64,000 bases of DNA from Hyphomicrobiaceae bacterium (GTDB taxonomy: Bacteria; Pseudomonadota; Alphaproteobacteria; Rhizobiales; Hyphomicrobiaceae), in contig JAWKWB010000011.1 of the NCBI GenBank assembly GCA_041397775.1, positions 27,257-91,256 of the forward strand. The letters are read 5' to 3'. Shown here in pieces: positions 41,072 through 50,475 of this stretch. A program made the translations under genes and the position numbers. The notes beneath the pieces were generated by a model. The model was not told the DNA's origin, made no database searches, and saw only the letters and a list, made by a program, of their open reading frames with translations. Position 1 is the stretch's first letter; each line of letters starts with the position of its first letter.

Positions 41072-42508
41072 TCAGGCTCCTTTTCCGCGCTTGAGGGTGG
41101 CGTTCACGGCGACCGCAAAGGCCACGATCAGCAATAGGCCGGCGAACATCGTCAGCAGCCACTGACGCCTGATCGCGTCGTTGAACTCCATCTCGATGCC
41201 GTAGTTGGCGAGTTCCATCTCGCTATGGCGGAACTTGACGGGAACGCCTGCGCGGACCTTGTCGGCGCCGGGATGCTTGGCGCTATTGACATGCGGCCAA
41301 CTGACCTGACCCGGATAGAAGAGCGTTACCTGCTTCGCCGGCTGGTCCCACTTCGGCGTCTCACCTTCGAACCGCACGGCCTTGACGTCGGCATCGCGAC
41401 CGAGCCCGACGGTGACCGGCAAGGACACGTAATGCCAGCGCCCGCCGGTCGCCTGACGGTGCACGGCGAAGGCCGCCTGGTAGATGCCGCGGTCGACGAA
41501 GATCTTGTCGTCGAGGCGGTTGCCGGTGTCCATCTTGCGCTGCAGGACCACGTCCCAGGAGCCGTTGTCCCAGCGGGCCGTGCCAGCCACCTTGATGTCC
41601 GCGCGCGAGCCCTCGCTGATACGAATGATCCGGCGCGGCAGCGTATCGCCGTCCTTCCAGGCGTGTGCCGGATCGAAGGGGATGGCGATGTCCTCACGCA
41701 GCGCGTGCTGCGCGTCCTGTGCGATTTTCCCGCCGACGATGTCGTCCCACTTCAACGCGGCGTGGCCAGCCTTGGCAGGATCGAACATCAGCCGCGGCTG
41801 CTTCTTGGCGCCGTCCCAGTTGGTCGCATACGGACCCTTGCCGGCATCGGAGAGCCGCGCCTCGCCCACGTTCTGGTCGTCGGACAGCTTGACCGGGTTC
41901 GAGCGTGCGGCACGCCAGTGCCACAGGTCCAGGAAGTATCCCGCGGCGCGCTGCGCCTTCAACTCGTCCTCCGGCACGACGGAGAGATAGTCGTTGATGT
42001 CACGCCGCGTTGCAGGGAGGTACTTCGTCGGCTCGTCCTGCTTGAGCTTCTTGCCGAGATAGGCATGCCCCTTGACCGCCTTCGCGTCGACTTCCTTGGT
42101 GAAGCCGGCGAGGCCCTGCCCGATGGTGACGTATCCGCCGTAGCGCGAGAACTCGGGCACGCTGCCGTCATCGACCATCATGGCGATGCGATCCTCGTGC
42201 AGCCCTTGCGGCTGGGAGCCGGGCACGGCGCGGCCCTGCACGACCCATTTTCCGCCCTCAAAGCGGAGCATGTCGTGGAAGATGCCGGGCTTCGGCGACG
42301 TCCAGCGATAGCGGAAGAAGATATCCTGGCCGTTGTATGCCGCCTGCACCGAGAGCGGTACCGTCAGCGTCTTGGGAACAGAAATGTGGCGTTTCGCATC
42401 ATCTTTGACGACGCCCGTGCCATGAGTGAACCAAGCAATGCCGAGCGCCCCTACGAAAATTGCAGCAGCAGGCAACAACAAAGCTTGGGAGCCATCGATC
42501 TTGGTCAC
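41072..42508 (-). CDS. Ethylbenzene dehydrogenase-like (EB_dh) heme-binding-domain protein, membrane anchored at both ends
   Basis: 478 aa, GTG start with a gaggaa RBS. N- and C-terminal TM helices. LDLWHWRAARSN motif characteristic of the EB_dh/DMSO-reductase gamma-like domain. Confidence 0.65.
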   Translation of the reverse strand: MTKIDGSQALLLPAAAIFVGALGIAWFTHGTGVVKDDAKRHISVPKTLTVPLSVQAAYNGQDIFFRYRWTSPKPGIFHDMLRFEGGKWVVQGRAVPGSQPQGLHEDRIAMMVDDGSVPEFSRYGGYVTIGQGLAGFTKEVDAKAVKGHAYLGKKLKQDEPTKYLPATRRDINDYLSVVPEDELKAQRAAGYFLDLWHWRAARSNPVKLSDDQNVGEARLSDAGKGPYATNWDGAKKQPRLMFDPAKAGHAALKWDDIVGGKIAQDAQHALREDIAIPFDPAHAWKDGDTLPRRIIRISEGSRADIKVAGTARWDNGSWDVVLQRKMDTGNRLDDKIFVDRGIYQAAFAVHRQATGGRWHYVSLPVTVGLGRDADVKAVRFEGETPKWDQPAKQVTLFYPGQVSWPHVNSAKHPGADKVRAGVPVKFRHSEMELANYGIEMEFNDAIRRQWLLTMFAGLLLIVAFAVAVNATLKRGKGA

Positions 42509-42586
42509 GGCTTCCTCGATTTCATCGATTTATCGCAACCGGATTGGTTGCGAGCGCAAGCGTCGCGCAATCGAAGGTCGGGAACC

Positions 42587-42600
42587 TTGATTAATATCAA
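42587..42600. promoter_or_regulatory. Perfect FNR/FixK-type box TTGAT-taat-ATCAA
   Basis: 14-bp perfect consensus palindrome in the uvrD/EB_dh intergenic region, centred about 85 nt upstream of the EB_dh GTG. Confidence 0.6.
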
Positions 42601-42633
42601 GGCACGTTGCTGCGAATAGACCTTGGCTCTTGT

Positions 42634-45099
42634 CTACTCTCGCTCCACGAAGCTCGACACCACGCGCTTACGGTCGCCGGCGTCGAACTCGATCGTGAGC
42701 TTGTTGCCGTCGACTTCCACGACGGTGCCGCCGCCGAACTTGGGGTGGCGGATGCGCTCGCCGACGCCGTAACTGGCCTCCTGCGTGGAGGATGCGATCA
42801 GCTCGCCCTCGATGGTGAGCGGCGCGCGGCGCAACGGTGGCTTCTGCGGCTGGTTCTGTGGTTTCCAGGACTGCTTGGCGCGCTGCCAGCCGGGTGTGTC
42901 GTAGGTGCTCTTGAAGGCCTGGGGGGCCTCGTCGAAGCGGCTGGCGCCATAGGGATTGGAACGCCCGAAATTCGCGTAGGCGCCTCCGAACGGACTCTTG
43001 GCCTCCGCCACATCGACGTGCGGCGTCGGCAATTCATCGATGAACCGGGATGGGCTCGCCGACTGATAGAGGCCGCGCGTGCGTCGGTTCTGCGCGAACG
43101 AGATCTGCGCCCGGCGGCGGGCGCGCGTGATGCCGACGTAGGCGAGGCGGCGCTCCTCCTCGAGGCCGGCGAGGCCCTGCTCGTCGAGGGCGCGCTGGTG
43201 GGGGAACAAGCCTTCTTCCCAACCCGGCAGGAAGACCGTATCGAACTCCAGGCCCTTGGCGGCATGCAGCGTCATGATCGAGACGCGGTCGCCGTCGTCT
43301 CCCGCCTCGGTGTCCATGACCAGCGAGACGTGCTCGAGGAAACCGGCGAGCGTGTCGAACTGGTGCATGAAGCGCACGAGCTCCTTCAGGTTCTCCAGCC
43401 GTGCCTGGGCCTGCGGGCTCTTGTCCGCCTGCCACATCGCCGTGTAGCCGGATTCGTCGAGGATCAGCTCCGCCAGTTCCGTGTGGCGCATGCTGTCGAG
43501 CTGGCCACGCCAGCGCTCGAAGGAGCGCAGCAGGTCGGTGAGAGAGCGCCGCGCCTTGCCGCCGATCTCGTCGGTTTCGACCAGTTCACGGGCGGCCAGC
43601 GCCATCGGGATCTGGCGGGCGCGGGCATGGTCGTGGACGCGCTTGACGGAACTGTCTCCGATGCCGCGCTTGGGAACATTGACGATGCGCTCGAACTTCA
43701 GGTCGTTGGCCGGATTCAGCGTCACCTCGAGATAGGCGATGGCGTCCTTGATTTCCTGGCGCTCGTAGAATCGCGGGCCACCGATGACGCGATAGGGCAG
43801 GCCCAGCGTGACGAAGCGATCTTCCAGCACGCGCATCTGGAACGAGGCGCGCACGAGAATGGCGATGTCGTTGAGGCGGTGGCCCTTGGCGCGCAAACCC
43901 TCGATGCGCTCGCCGATGGTACGTGCCTCCTCCTCGTCGTCCCACACGCCGAGCACGGTGGGGCGATCGCCATCCGCGCCGTCCGTGAACAGCGTCTTGC
44001 CGAGGCGGCCCGAATTCTTGGCGATGAGGCCGGAGGCCGTCGCCAGGATGTGGCCCGTGGAGCGGTAGTTGCGCTCCAACCGGATGATTTTTGCGCCGGC
44101 GAAATCCTTGTCGAAACGCAGGATGTTGTCGACCTCCGCGCCGCGCCAGCCATAGATCGACTGGTCGTCGTCGCCCACGCAACACACGTTCGGACAGCCC
44201 TGGGCCAGCAACCGCAGCCATAGATATTGGGCGACGTTGGTATCCTGGTACTCGTCCACGAGGATGAAGCGGAAGCGGCCGTGATAGTCCTTCAGGACGT
44301 CCGGATGCTCGGTGAAAAGACGGATGCACTCGAGCAGAAGATCGCCGAAGTCGGCCGCATTCAATTCCTTGAGGCGAGCCTGATAGGCCGCGTACAGCTT
44401 GGCGCCCTGGCCGCTGGCGAAGCCCTGGCTCTCGCTCTTGGGCACTTTCTCCGGCGTCATGCCACGGTTCTTCCAGCCGTCGATCATGGCGGCGAGCTGG
44501 CGGGCGGGCCAGCGGTCCTTGTCGAGCCCGGCTGCCTCGATCACCTGCTTGATCAGGCGGATCTGGTCGTCCGTATCGAGGATGGTGAAGCCAGACTTCA
44601 GGCCGACGAGCTCATGGTGGCGGCGCAGGATGCGCACGCCGATGGCATGGAACGTGCCGAGCCAGGGCATGCCCTCCACCGCGCCACCGATGAGCTGGCC
44701 GATGCGCTCCTTCATCTCGCGGGCGGCCTTGTTGGTGAAGGTCACGGCCAGCACTTGCGAGGGGAAGGCGCGCCGCGTCGCCAGAATGTGGGCAATGCGG
44801 GTCGTGAGCACGCGCGTCTTGCCGGTTCCAGCCCCCGCGAGCACGAGGACGGGGCCGTCCAGTGTCTCGACGGCTTCGCGCTGCTCGGGATTGAGGCCTT
44901 GCAGGTAGGGTGCGGCCACCGACGCCGCCGCTCGCTGCGACAGCGGGCGCTCGTCCACAGTCTCCGGCTCACGAGACACTGGCTCAGGGCGCACTGCCTG
45001 GGGCTGCCGGCCCGGCGCCTCCGGCAGGTCGAACGGCGGCTCATCCAGGCCATCGATGGGCACGGAGCGCGCGTTCGCGTTTTTGGGCGAGGATGTCAT
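42634..45099 (-). CDS. uvrD: ATP-dependent DNA helicase (UvrD/Rep/PcrA family)
   Basis: 821 aa. Helicase motifs GAGTGKT, VDEYQDTN, TLHAAKGLEF, VGITRAR, and a C-terminal UvrD_C_2-like tail. Confidence 0.9.
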   Translation of the reverse strand: MTSSPKNANARSVPIDGLDEPPFDLPEAPGRQPQAVRPEPVSREPETVDERPLSQRAAASVAAPYLQGLNPEQREAVETLDGPVLVLAGAGTGKTRVLTTRIAHILATRRAFPSQVLAVTFTNKAAREMKERIGQLIGGAVEGMPWLGTFHAIGVRILRRHHELVGLKSGFTILDTDDQIRLIKQVIEAAGLDKDRWPARQLAAMIDGWKNRGMTPEKVPKSESQGFASGQGAKLYAAYQARLKELNAADFGDLLLECIRLFTEHPDVLKDYHGRFRFILVDEYQDTNVAQYLWLRLLAQGCPNVCCVGDDDQSIYGWRGAEVDNILRFDKDFAGAKIIRLERNYRSTGHILATASGLIAKNSGRLGKTLFTDGADGDRPTVLGVWDDEEEARTIGERIEGLRAKGHRLNDIAILVRASFQMRVLEDRFVTLGLPYRVIGGPRFYERQEIKDAIAYLEVTLNPANDLKFERIVNVPKRGIGDSSVKRVHDHARARQIPMALAARELVETDEIGGKARRSLTDLLRSFERWRGQLDSMRHTELAELILDESGYTAMWQADKSPQAQARLENLKELVRFMHQFDTLAGFLEHVSLVMDTEAGDDGDRVSIMTLHAAKGLEFDTVFLPGWEEGLFPHQRALDEQGLAGLEEERRLAYVGITRARRRAQISFAQNRRTRGLYQSASPSRFIDELPTPHVDVAEAKSPFGGAYANFGRSNPYGASRFDEAPQAFKSTYDTPGWQRAKQSWKPQNQPQKPPLRRAPLTIEGELIASSTQEASYGVGERIRHPKFGGGTVVEVDGNKLTIEFDAGDRKRVVSSFVERE

Positions 45100-45281
45100 G
45101 CGCGCTTATAGCACACGAGCGGAGGCCGCAACGTGGCAGCGCACAGCCATCCCCAGCGATGTTCCCGGATGGTTCCGGCCGCAAGTTGGTGGCAACGTGT
45201 GACCCGATTGCAGCTACAGACGTCGCCAGTTTTGTTACTCTGGCCCGTGCGAACTGCAGCGCGTGGTCGAGGAGTGTGGGC

Positions 45282-45950
45282 GTGGTGCGTCACAGGGTCT
45301 TGCGTGCCGTCTGGGTTGCCATATTGGCGGGAGCAGGGATCGCCGCGATCCCCACTGCAAGCCGCGCGACCGAGGTGGTCGTGCTCGGCGACAGCATCGG
45401 CCAGGGCATCGCCATGGCGAACGGGCTGCACAATATAGCGCGGCGCAGCTTCAGCCTGCGGCGCAGCAACATCGCCAAGCAAATCGCGCAGATGCCGAAG
45501 GACGCCATCGGCGTCATGAGCCTGGGCATCAACGATGCCGCAGATCCCGTGTGGCAGCTCGCCAAGGGCATCGAAGCGGTAGTGCACGCCATCGAGCAAT
45601 CGGGCCGCAAGGTGGTTTGGGTCGGCCCGCCGTGCGTGCTCAAGACGTGGGATACCCACGCGGAGGATCTCGACATCTACCTGCGCGAACGCCTCGCGAC
45701 GACGGCGATCCAATATGTCAGCCTGCGCGACGACGCGATCTGCGCGCCGACCCTGCGTTCGCGCGACGGACACCACTTCACCCAGGAGGGGTACAAGTAC
45801 GTTTGGACCAAGATCCGACGCGGTTCGTCCCTCGTCGCCTCTGCCTCGGTGCCCGTCGAACGGTGCGCGCGCGAGGCCGCCATGGCGGCCCGGCGCGATC
45901 GTAAATCCGGGGTCGCATGCGTTCGCGAAGCCGCCGCGCACCAACGCTGA
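45282..45950 (+). CDS. SGNH/GDSL hydrolase family protein (secreted)
   Basis: VLGDSIG (block I), LGINDA (block III-like), DGHHF (block V), and an N-terminal signal-like helix. The GTG start chosen at 45282 (gaggag upstream) is uncertain within +/- 6 nt. Confidence 0.6.
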   Translation: MVRHRVLRAVWVAILAGAGIAAIPTASRATEVVVLGDSIGQGIAMANGLHNIARRSFSLRRSNIAKQIAQMPKDAIGVMSLGINDAADPVWQLAKGIEAVVHAIEQSGRKVVWVGPPCVLKTWDTHAEDLDIYLRERLATTAIQYVSLRDDAICAPTLRSRDGHHFTQEGYKYVWTKIRRGSSLVASASVPVERCAREAAMAARRDRKSGVACVREAAAHQR

Positions 45951-46037
45951 AACCCGGCATCGGCGACAGGGGTCGCGTCCCAAGCTGGGCCTGTGTTAGG
46001 TGAGCGCAGACAGGCACCAGCAGCACAGCGAGGAGAG

Positions 46038-46283
46038 ATGGCACATGTCGTCCTGATCGGAAACCTCCGTCAATATACCGGCGGCGTGACGGAGCTGGAG
46101 GTGCAGGCCAGCACCATCAGGCAACTGTTCGCGCGGCTATCGGAGCGTTTCCCCGAGATCGGTCCGCATCTGGAGGAGGGGATGGCCGTCGCCATCGATG
46201 GCCAGATCTACCAGGATGCCCTGTTCGAGCCGATCGGCGAGGACAGCGACGTGCACATTCTGCCGCAGATCGCCGGCGGCTGA
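46038..46283 (+). CDS. MoaD/ThiS-family ubiquitin-like small protein (C-terminal GG)
   Basis: 81 aa from the ATG at 46038 (gaggagag RBS). Ends ...ILPQIAGG. Confidence 0.7.
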   Translation: MAHVVLIGNLRQYTGGVTELEVQASTIRQLFARLSERFPEIGPHLEEGMAVAIDGQIYQDALFEPIGEDSDVHILPQIAGG

Positions 46284-46295
46284 GGCAGCGGCTCG

Positions 46296-47126
46296 TCAGG
46301 CCCTGCCGTTGCGCGCTTCCGTGAGCGCCCGATTGAACTCGGCGCCCAGGATCATGATCATCCCGCTCACCTGGAAGAAGATCAGCGCCGATAGAATCTG
46401 CGTCATGCCTGCGTAGAACCGGGTGTAATCGCTGATCGCCAGCCACTTGGAGTAAAGTGCCGCCAGCACCAGCCACAGGCCGAGACTGACCAGCACGCCC
46501 GGCCACACGTCCCAGACCGACCGCCGCCCCGCGACCAGCCAGAGGTGATAGGCGAAGAGCTGCGCCAACGTCACGCAGAGCACGATCGTATAGCGCGTGG
46601 ATGGCGAGAACAGGCCGTGCTCGATGAGCCACTGCACCGCGCTCGAACCGCTGCGAGCCGCGAGTGCCGGGCCCACCACGACGCCCCAGGCCACCACCAG
46701 CATGCTGATGGCCGACGCAAGCACGAACAGCGAGCTTTGAGCGAGGCACCAGAGGTAATTGCGCGTCTCCTTGACGCGATAGGCGACGTTGAGCGCAGCA
46801 CGCAGGGATTCGATGGCGGTCGTGGCGAACAGCAACGACACCGCGGCGCCGACGGTCAACAGGCCATACTGGCTCTGGCCCATGACGCGCTCGACCTCTG
46901 GTGCCAGTGCTTTCGCGACGGGCGCGGGGGCTGCATCGAAGAGCTGTCCCACCGCGAAAGCCGCGAGATCGCGACCACCGATCGTACCGGCCAACGCACC
47001 CAGAAAGATGCTGAACGGGAATAGCGACAATAGAAACGAGTAGGCGATGGCACCGGCCATGGAGAAGCCGCTGTCCTCGAAAAGTTTCCGGAGCGCAAGG
47101 CGCAATGTGCCCAGTCTACGTTGCAT
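46296..47126 (-). CDS. YihY/BrkB family membrane protein
   Basis: FSMAGAIAYSFLLSLFPF motif, 6 TM helices. Start at ATG 47126 or ATG 47156. Confidence 0.8.
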   Translation of the reverse strand: MQRRLGTLRLALRKLFEDSGFSMAGAIAYSFLLSLFPFSIFLGALAGTIGGRDLAAFAVGQLFDAAPAPVAKALAPEVERVMGQSQYGLLTVGAAVSLLFATTAIESLRAALNVAYRVKETRNYLWCLAQSSLFVLASAISMLVVAWGVVVGPALAARSGSSAVQWLIEHGLFSPSTRYTIVLCVTLAQLFAYHLWLVAGRRSVWDVWPGVLVSLGLWLVLAALYSKWLAISDYTRFYAGMTQILSALIFFQVSGMIMILGAEFNRALTEARNGRA

Positions 47127-47308
47127 CCTCAGTCTTCCTCGGCGGGGCCGCCACATGCGTTCCCTGCCGGTCGGTCCCAGGCCTCCAAGGCCACGAAAAA
47201 CGCTTCGTGCTCAATGCACGAAGCTGCTTGATTTGCCAACGGGCGCCACCATAATCCCCTTCGCTCAAGAGTTGGGTGCATCACGCCCACAACACCGAAG
47301 GAAACGCC

Positions 47309-48361
47309 ATGGATCTCACTCGCCGGCAATTCGGAATTGGAGCCTCACTCGCTGCCGCAGGCACGTTGCTACCCACAGCCGGCATGGCAGCCGGGCTCTC
47401 TGCGGATGCCGAGAAGGCGCTGTACGAAGCGGCCAAGAAAGAAGGCGAGCTGACGTGGTACGACGCCCACCACGCGGTGGTGCAGGCCGAAGCCATCGGC
47501 AAGGCATTCTCGGAGAAATATCCGGGCGTGAAGTGCAACGTGGTGCGTACGACGGCGAACGTGGCGTTCCAGCGCCTCAACCAGGAATTCAAGGCCGGCG
47601 GACCGCAGTGCGACGTCCTGTCCTCGACGGATATCAGCCACTCGATCACGCTCAAGGACAAGAAGCTGTCGGAGAAGTTCGTCCCGGCGAACGCTGCGAC
47701 CGTGATCGACCAGGTGCGCAACATCGATCCGGACGGCTACTATCACGTCACCTCGATCGGTACGATCGGCATCACGTACAACAGCTCGAAGGTGCCGGCG
47801 TCGAATGTCCCCAAGAAGTGGACCGAGCTGATCGATCCCAAGTGGAAGAACCAGGTCTCGGTCGGACACCCGTCGTTCTCGGGCTACGTCAGCATCTGGG
47901 TCTGGGAGATGCAGCGCCTGTACGGCTGGGACTATTTCAACAAGCTGAAGGCGAACAATCCGCAGATCGGCCGCTCGATCCAGGACACGCTGACGCATCT
48001 GCGCTCGGGAGAGCGCTCCATTGCGGCAGGCTCGTTCGCGACGGCCATCGAAGCGAAGTCGAAGGGTGAGCCGATCGGCGTGTCCTACCCCGAGGACGGC
48101 ACGATCATCATCGTCGCGCCGTCGTGCATCCCCAAGGGCGCCAAGCATCCCAATGCCGCAAAGCTCTTCATGGAGTTCCTCTGCAGCCCCGACAACAGCA
48201 AGATCGCGTCCAACTTCTTCGGCGAGTCGATCCACTCCTCGGTCAAGAGCAAGAGCGGCGTCGACCTGGCGAAGCTCAAGACGATGATCGCGCCTCCCGC
48301 CAAGCTCAAGAAGGAACTGCCGGAAGTGAAGGAGAAGTGGCGCGACACGTTCGGCGTCTAG
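47309..48361 (+). CDS. ABC transporter substrate-binding protein (Fe3+/extracellular solute-binding family 1 type)
   Basis: Tat-like signal MDLTRRQFGIGASLAAAGTLL, PBP2 fold, gaaggaaa RBS. The stop TAG (48359-48361) lies inside repeat A. Confidence 0.8.
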   Translation: MDLTRRQFGIGASLAAAGTLLPTAGMAAGLSADAEKALYEAAKKEGELTWYDAHHAVVQAEAIGKAFSEKYPGVKCNVVRTTANVAFQRLNQEFKAGGPQCDVLSSTDISHSITLKDKKLSEKFVPANAATVIDQVRNIDPDGYYHVTSIGTIGITYNSSKVPASNVPKKWTELIDPKWKNQVSVGHPSFSGYVSIWVWEMQRLYGWDYFNKLKANNPQIGRSIQDTLTHLRSGERSIAAGSFATAIEAKSKGEPIGVSYPEDGTIIIVAPSCIPKGAKHPNAAKLFMEFLCSPDNSKIASNFFGESIHSSVKSKSGVDLAKLKTMIAPPAKLKKELPEVKEKWRDTFGV

Positions 48362-48436
48362 TGTAGCGCATCTGACGTTTGGTACCCACTCGCGGCTGGG
48401 ACCATGACCAAACGTCAGATGCAAAAGCTACACTAG
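48358..48436. repeat. Palindromic repeat family A (best-preserved copy)
   Basis: ctagtgtagcgcatctgacgtttggtacccactcgcggctgggaccatgaccaaacgtcagatgcaaaagctacactag. Confidence 0.9.
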
Positions 48437-48668
48437 TGTGGCGGATTGGATGTCCGCTCCAGACTCGTCGCGGGCTCTGAGAGCGGACGTCCAATCGTGA
48501 CGCCACACCAAGCCGATGGTCTTGCTCGTGACCTGACCACATCGTCCGCCTCATTCCTCTGCCGGCATCGAACGGACTTTGCGGTCGAAGGGACACGAGT
48601 GTGGCGGACTGGACGTCCGCTCCATTCTTGTCGCGGGCCCTGAGGGCGGACGTCGGGTCCGCCACGCC
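48436..48668. repeat. Mosaic of family C hairpins (48436-48508, 48599-48668) and the D segment
   Basis: gtgtggcggattggatgtccgctc...gagcggacgtccaatcgtgacgccacac and gtgtggcggactggacgtccgctc...gagggcggacgtcgggtccgccacgcc. The D segment is shared with 2653-2698. Confidence 0.85.
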
Positions 48669-48740
48669 AAGCCTCGAACGTCCCGCCGGCTGCTGCCGGC
48701 GGAGGCGACACCGACGACCCCAAACAAGGCGCGCTCATCC

Positions 48741-50474
48741 ATGACCGACACGACCGCCACGCACGGCGCCGCCAGCGCGATGCCCGGTGCTCCCAACGGG
48801 GCGCGCAGCTTCGACGGGTCGATGCTGATCTGGCTCCTGTTCGCCGCAATCCTGGTGGTGATCGTCGTCAATCCGATCTTCCGCCTGATCTGGGCGAGCG
48901 TCGAGCACGAGGACGGCGGCCTGACACTCGCCAACTACGTGTCGGCCTACGGTCGCCAGCGATACTGGCAGTCTCTGATCAACACGCTGTTCATGGGTGG
49001 CGGCACGGCGCTGCTGGCGGCACTGCTGGGTGTGCCGCTGGCGTGGGCCTGCGTACGCACGGACATGCCCGGACGCGGCTTCGTACGGCTGTGCGTGCTG
49101 GCGGCCTTCATCATTCCCCCCTACCTCGCGGCGGTCGGCTGGGTGCTGCTGGCGGGGCCGAACTCGGGCTGGCTCAATCGCGCCTGGATGGCACTGACCG
49201 GCGCGGAAACGGGCATCTTCAACGTCTACTCGCTGGGCGGCCTCGTCACGATCATGGGGCTGCACCTGTTCTTCTTCATCTTCATCTTCACGAGCTCGGC
49301 GCTCGAGCTGATCTCGTCGGAGATGGAAGACGCGGCCAACGTCCTGGGCGCGGGGCCCGTCAAGACCGCGTTCAAGGTAACGCTGCCGCTGATCATGCCG
49401 GCCATCCTGGGCGGCGTCATCATCATCTTCCTGCAGTCCATCGCGCTGTTCGGCGTGCCGGCGATCATCGCCATTCCCGCGCGCTATCCGGTGGTGACGA
49501 CGCAGCTCACGGAGTTCTTCTCGAACAACCGCGTGGACCTGGCTGCCGCCTATGCGATCCCGCTGCTGCTGATCACGGTGGCGATGCTCACGATCCAGCG
49601 CAAGATCCTCGCGCGCAAGGGCTTCACCGTGGTCGGCGGCAAGGGCGGCGAACGTCGCATCGTGCGCCTGGGCCGGTGGCGATGGGTCGTGTTCGGCTAC
49701 GCCATGCTGGTGGCGATGCTGGCGGTCTTCATGCCGCTGTTCGTGCTCGTCCAGGCCGCCTTCTCGAAGGCATGGAGCCGGGGTTTCTCGCTGGACAATC
49801 TCACGCTCGACCACGTGAAGTTCATCCTGTTCGAGCATCAGGGGGCGCTGCCGGCCCTGACGAAGAGCATCCTCTACGCCTCGATCGCGGCCTTCTGCGC
49901 GCTGACGCTGGCGCTCGTGATCGCCTACGTCGTGCGGCGCAACCTGTTGCGGTTCGGACAGGTGCTGGCGTTCCTGTGCATGGCGCCGTTCGTCATTCCC
50001 GGCATCATCCTGGCGATCGGCTTCTATGCGGCCTATGCGCCACCGCCGCTGCTGCTTGCAGGCACGGGCCTTATCATCATCGTGGCCTTCACGACGCGCC
50101 TGCTGCCGATCGCCTATCAGAACAGCGCTGCCGGCGTCGCGTCGATCCACGCCGAGATGGAGGAGGCCGTGCGCATCCTCGGCGGCACGCGGATGACGGC
50201 CATCCGCCGTGTCGTGGCGCCGCTGCTCAAGCGGTCGCTGGTGGGCGCATGGATCCTCATCTTCGTGCCGGCCTGCCAGGAGCTGTCGACGGCGATCTTC
50301 CTGTCGGGACCGCACAATCGCGTGCTGTCCGTGCTCATCTTCGACTTCTCCGAGGAAGGCCGCTTCGAGCAGCTCGCCGTGCTCGGCGGCCTCTTGCTCA
50401 TCATTACCGTCATCATCGTCACGATCGGCTTCCGCATCGTGGGACGCGATTTCATGCTCAGGAGAGACCAGTAG
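48741..50474 (+). CDS. ABC transporter permease, fused two-domain (iron(III)-type FbpB-like)
   Basis: 577 aa from the ATG at 48741. Two BPD_transp_1-like halves, each with an EAA-like loop (MEDAANVLGAG; MEEAVRILGGT). Confidence 0.85.
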   Translation: MTDTTATHGAASAMPGAPNGARSFDGSMLIWLLFAAILVVIVVNPIFRLIWASVEHEDGGLTLANYVSAYGRQRYWQSLINTLFMGGGTALLAALLGVPLAWACVRTDMPGRGFVRLCVLAAFIIPPYLAAVGWVLLAGPNSGWLNRAWMALTGAETGIFNVYSLGGLVTIMGLHLFFFIFIFTSSALELISSEMEDAANVLGAGPVKTAFKVTLPLIMPAILGGVIIIFLQSIALFGVPAIIAIPARYPVVTTQLTEFFSNNRVDLAAAYAIPLLLITVAMLTIQRKILARKGFTVVGGKGGERRIVRLGRWRWVVFGYAMLVAMLAVFMPLFVLVQAAFSKAWSRGFSLDNLTLDHVKFILFEHQGALPALTKSILYASIAAFCALTLALVIAYVVRRNLLRFGQVLAFLCMAPFVIPGIILAIGFYAAYAPPPLLLAGTGLIIIVAFTTRLLPIAYQNSAAGVASIHAEMEEAVRILGGTRMTAIRRVVAPLLKRSLVGAWILIFVPACQELSTAIFLSGPHNRVLSVLIFDFSEEGRFEQLAVLGGLLLIITVIIVTIGFRIVGRDFMLRRDQ

Positions 50475-50475
50475 A

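Noticed and set aside
47202-47224. 9-bp-stem hairpin (gcttcgtgc-tcaat-gcacgaagc) in the divergent yihY/ABC promoter region, considered as a terminator or riboswitch
   Set aside because: No gene upstream on either strand would terminate there, and no recognisable riboswitch core is present. It is a possible leader structure only, with too little support to list as a feature.
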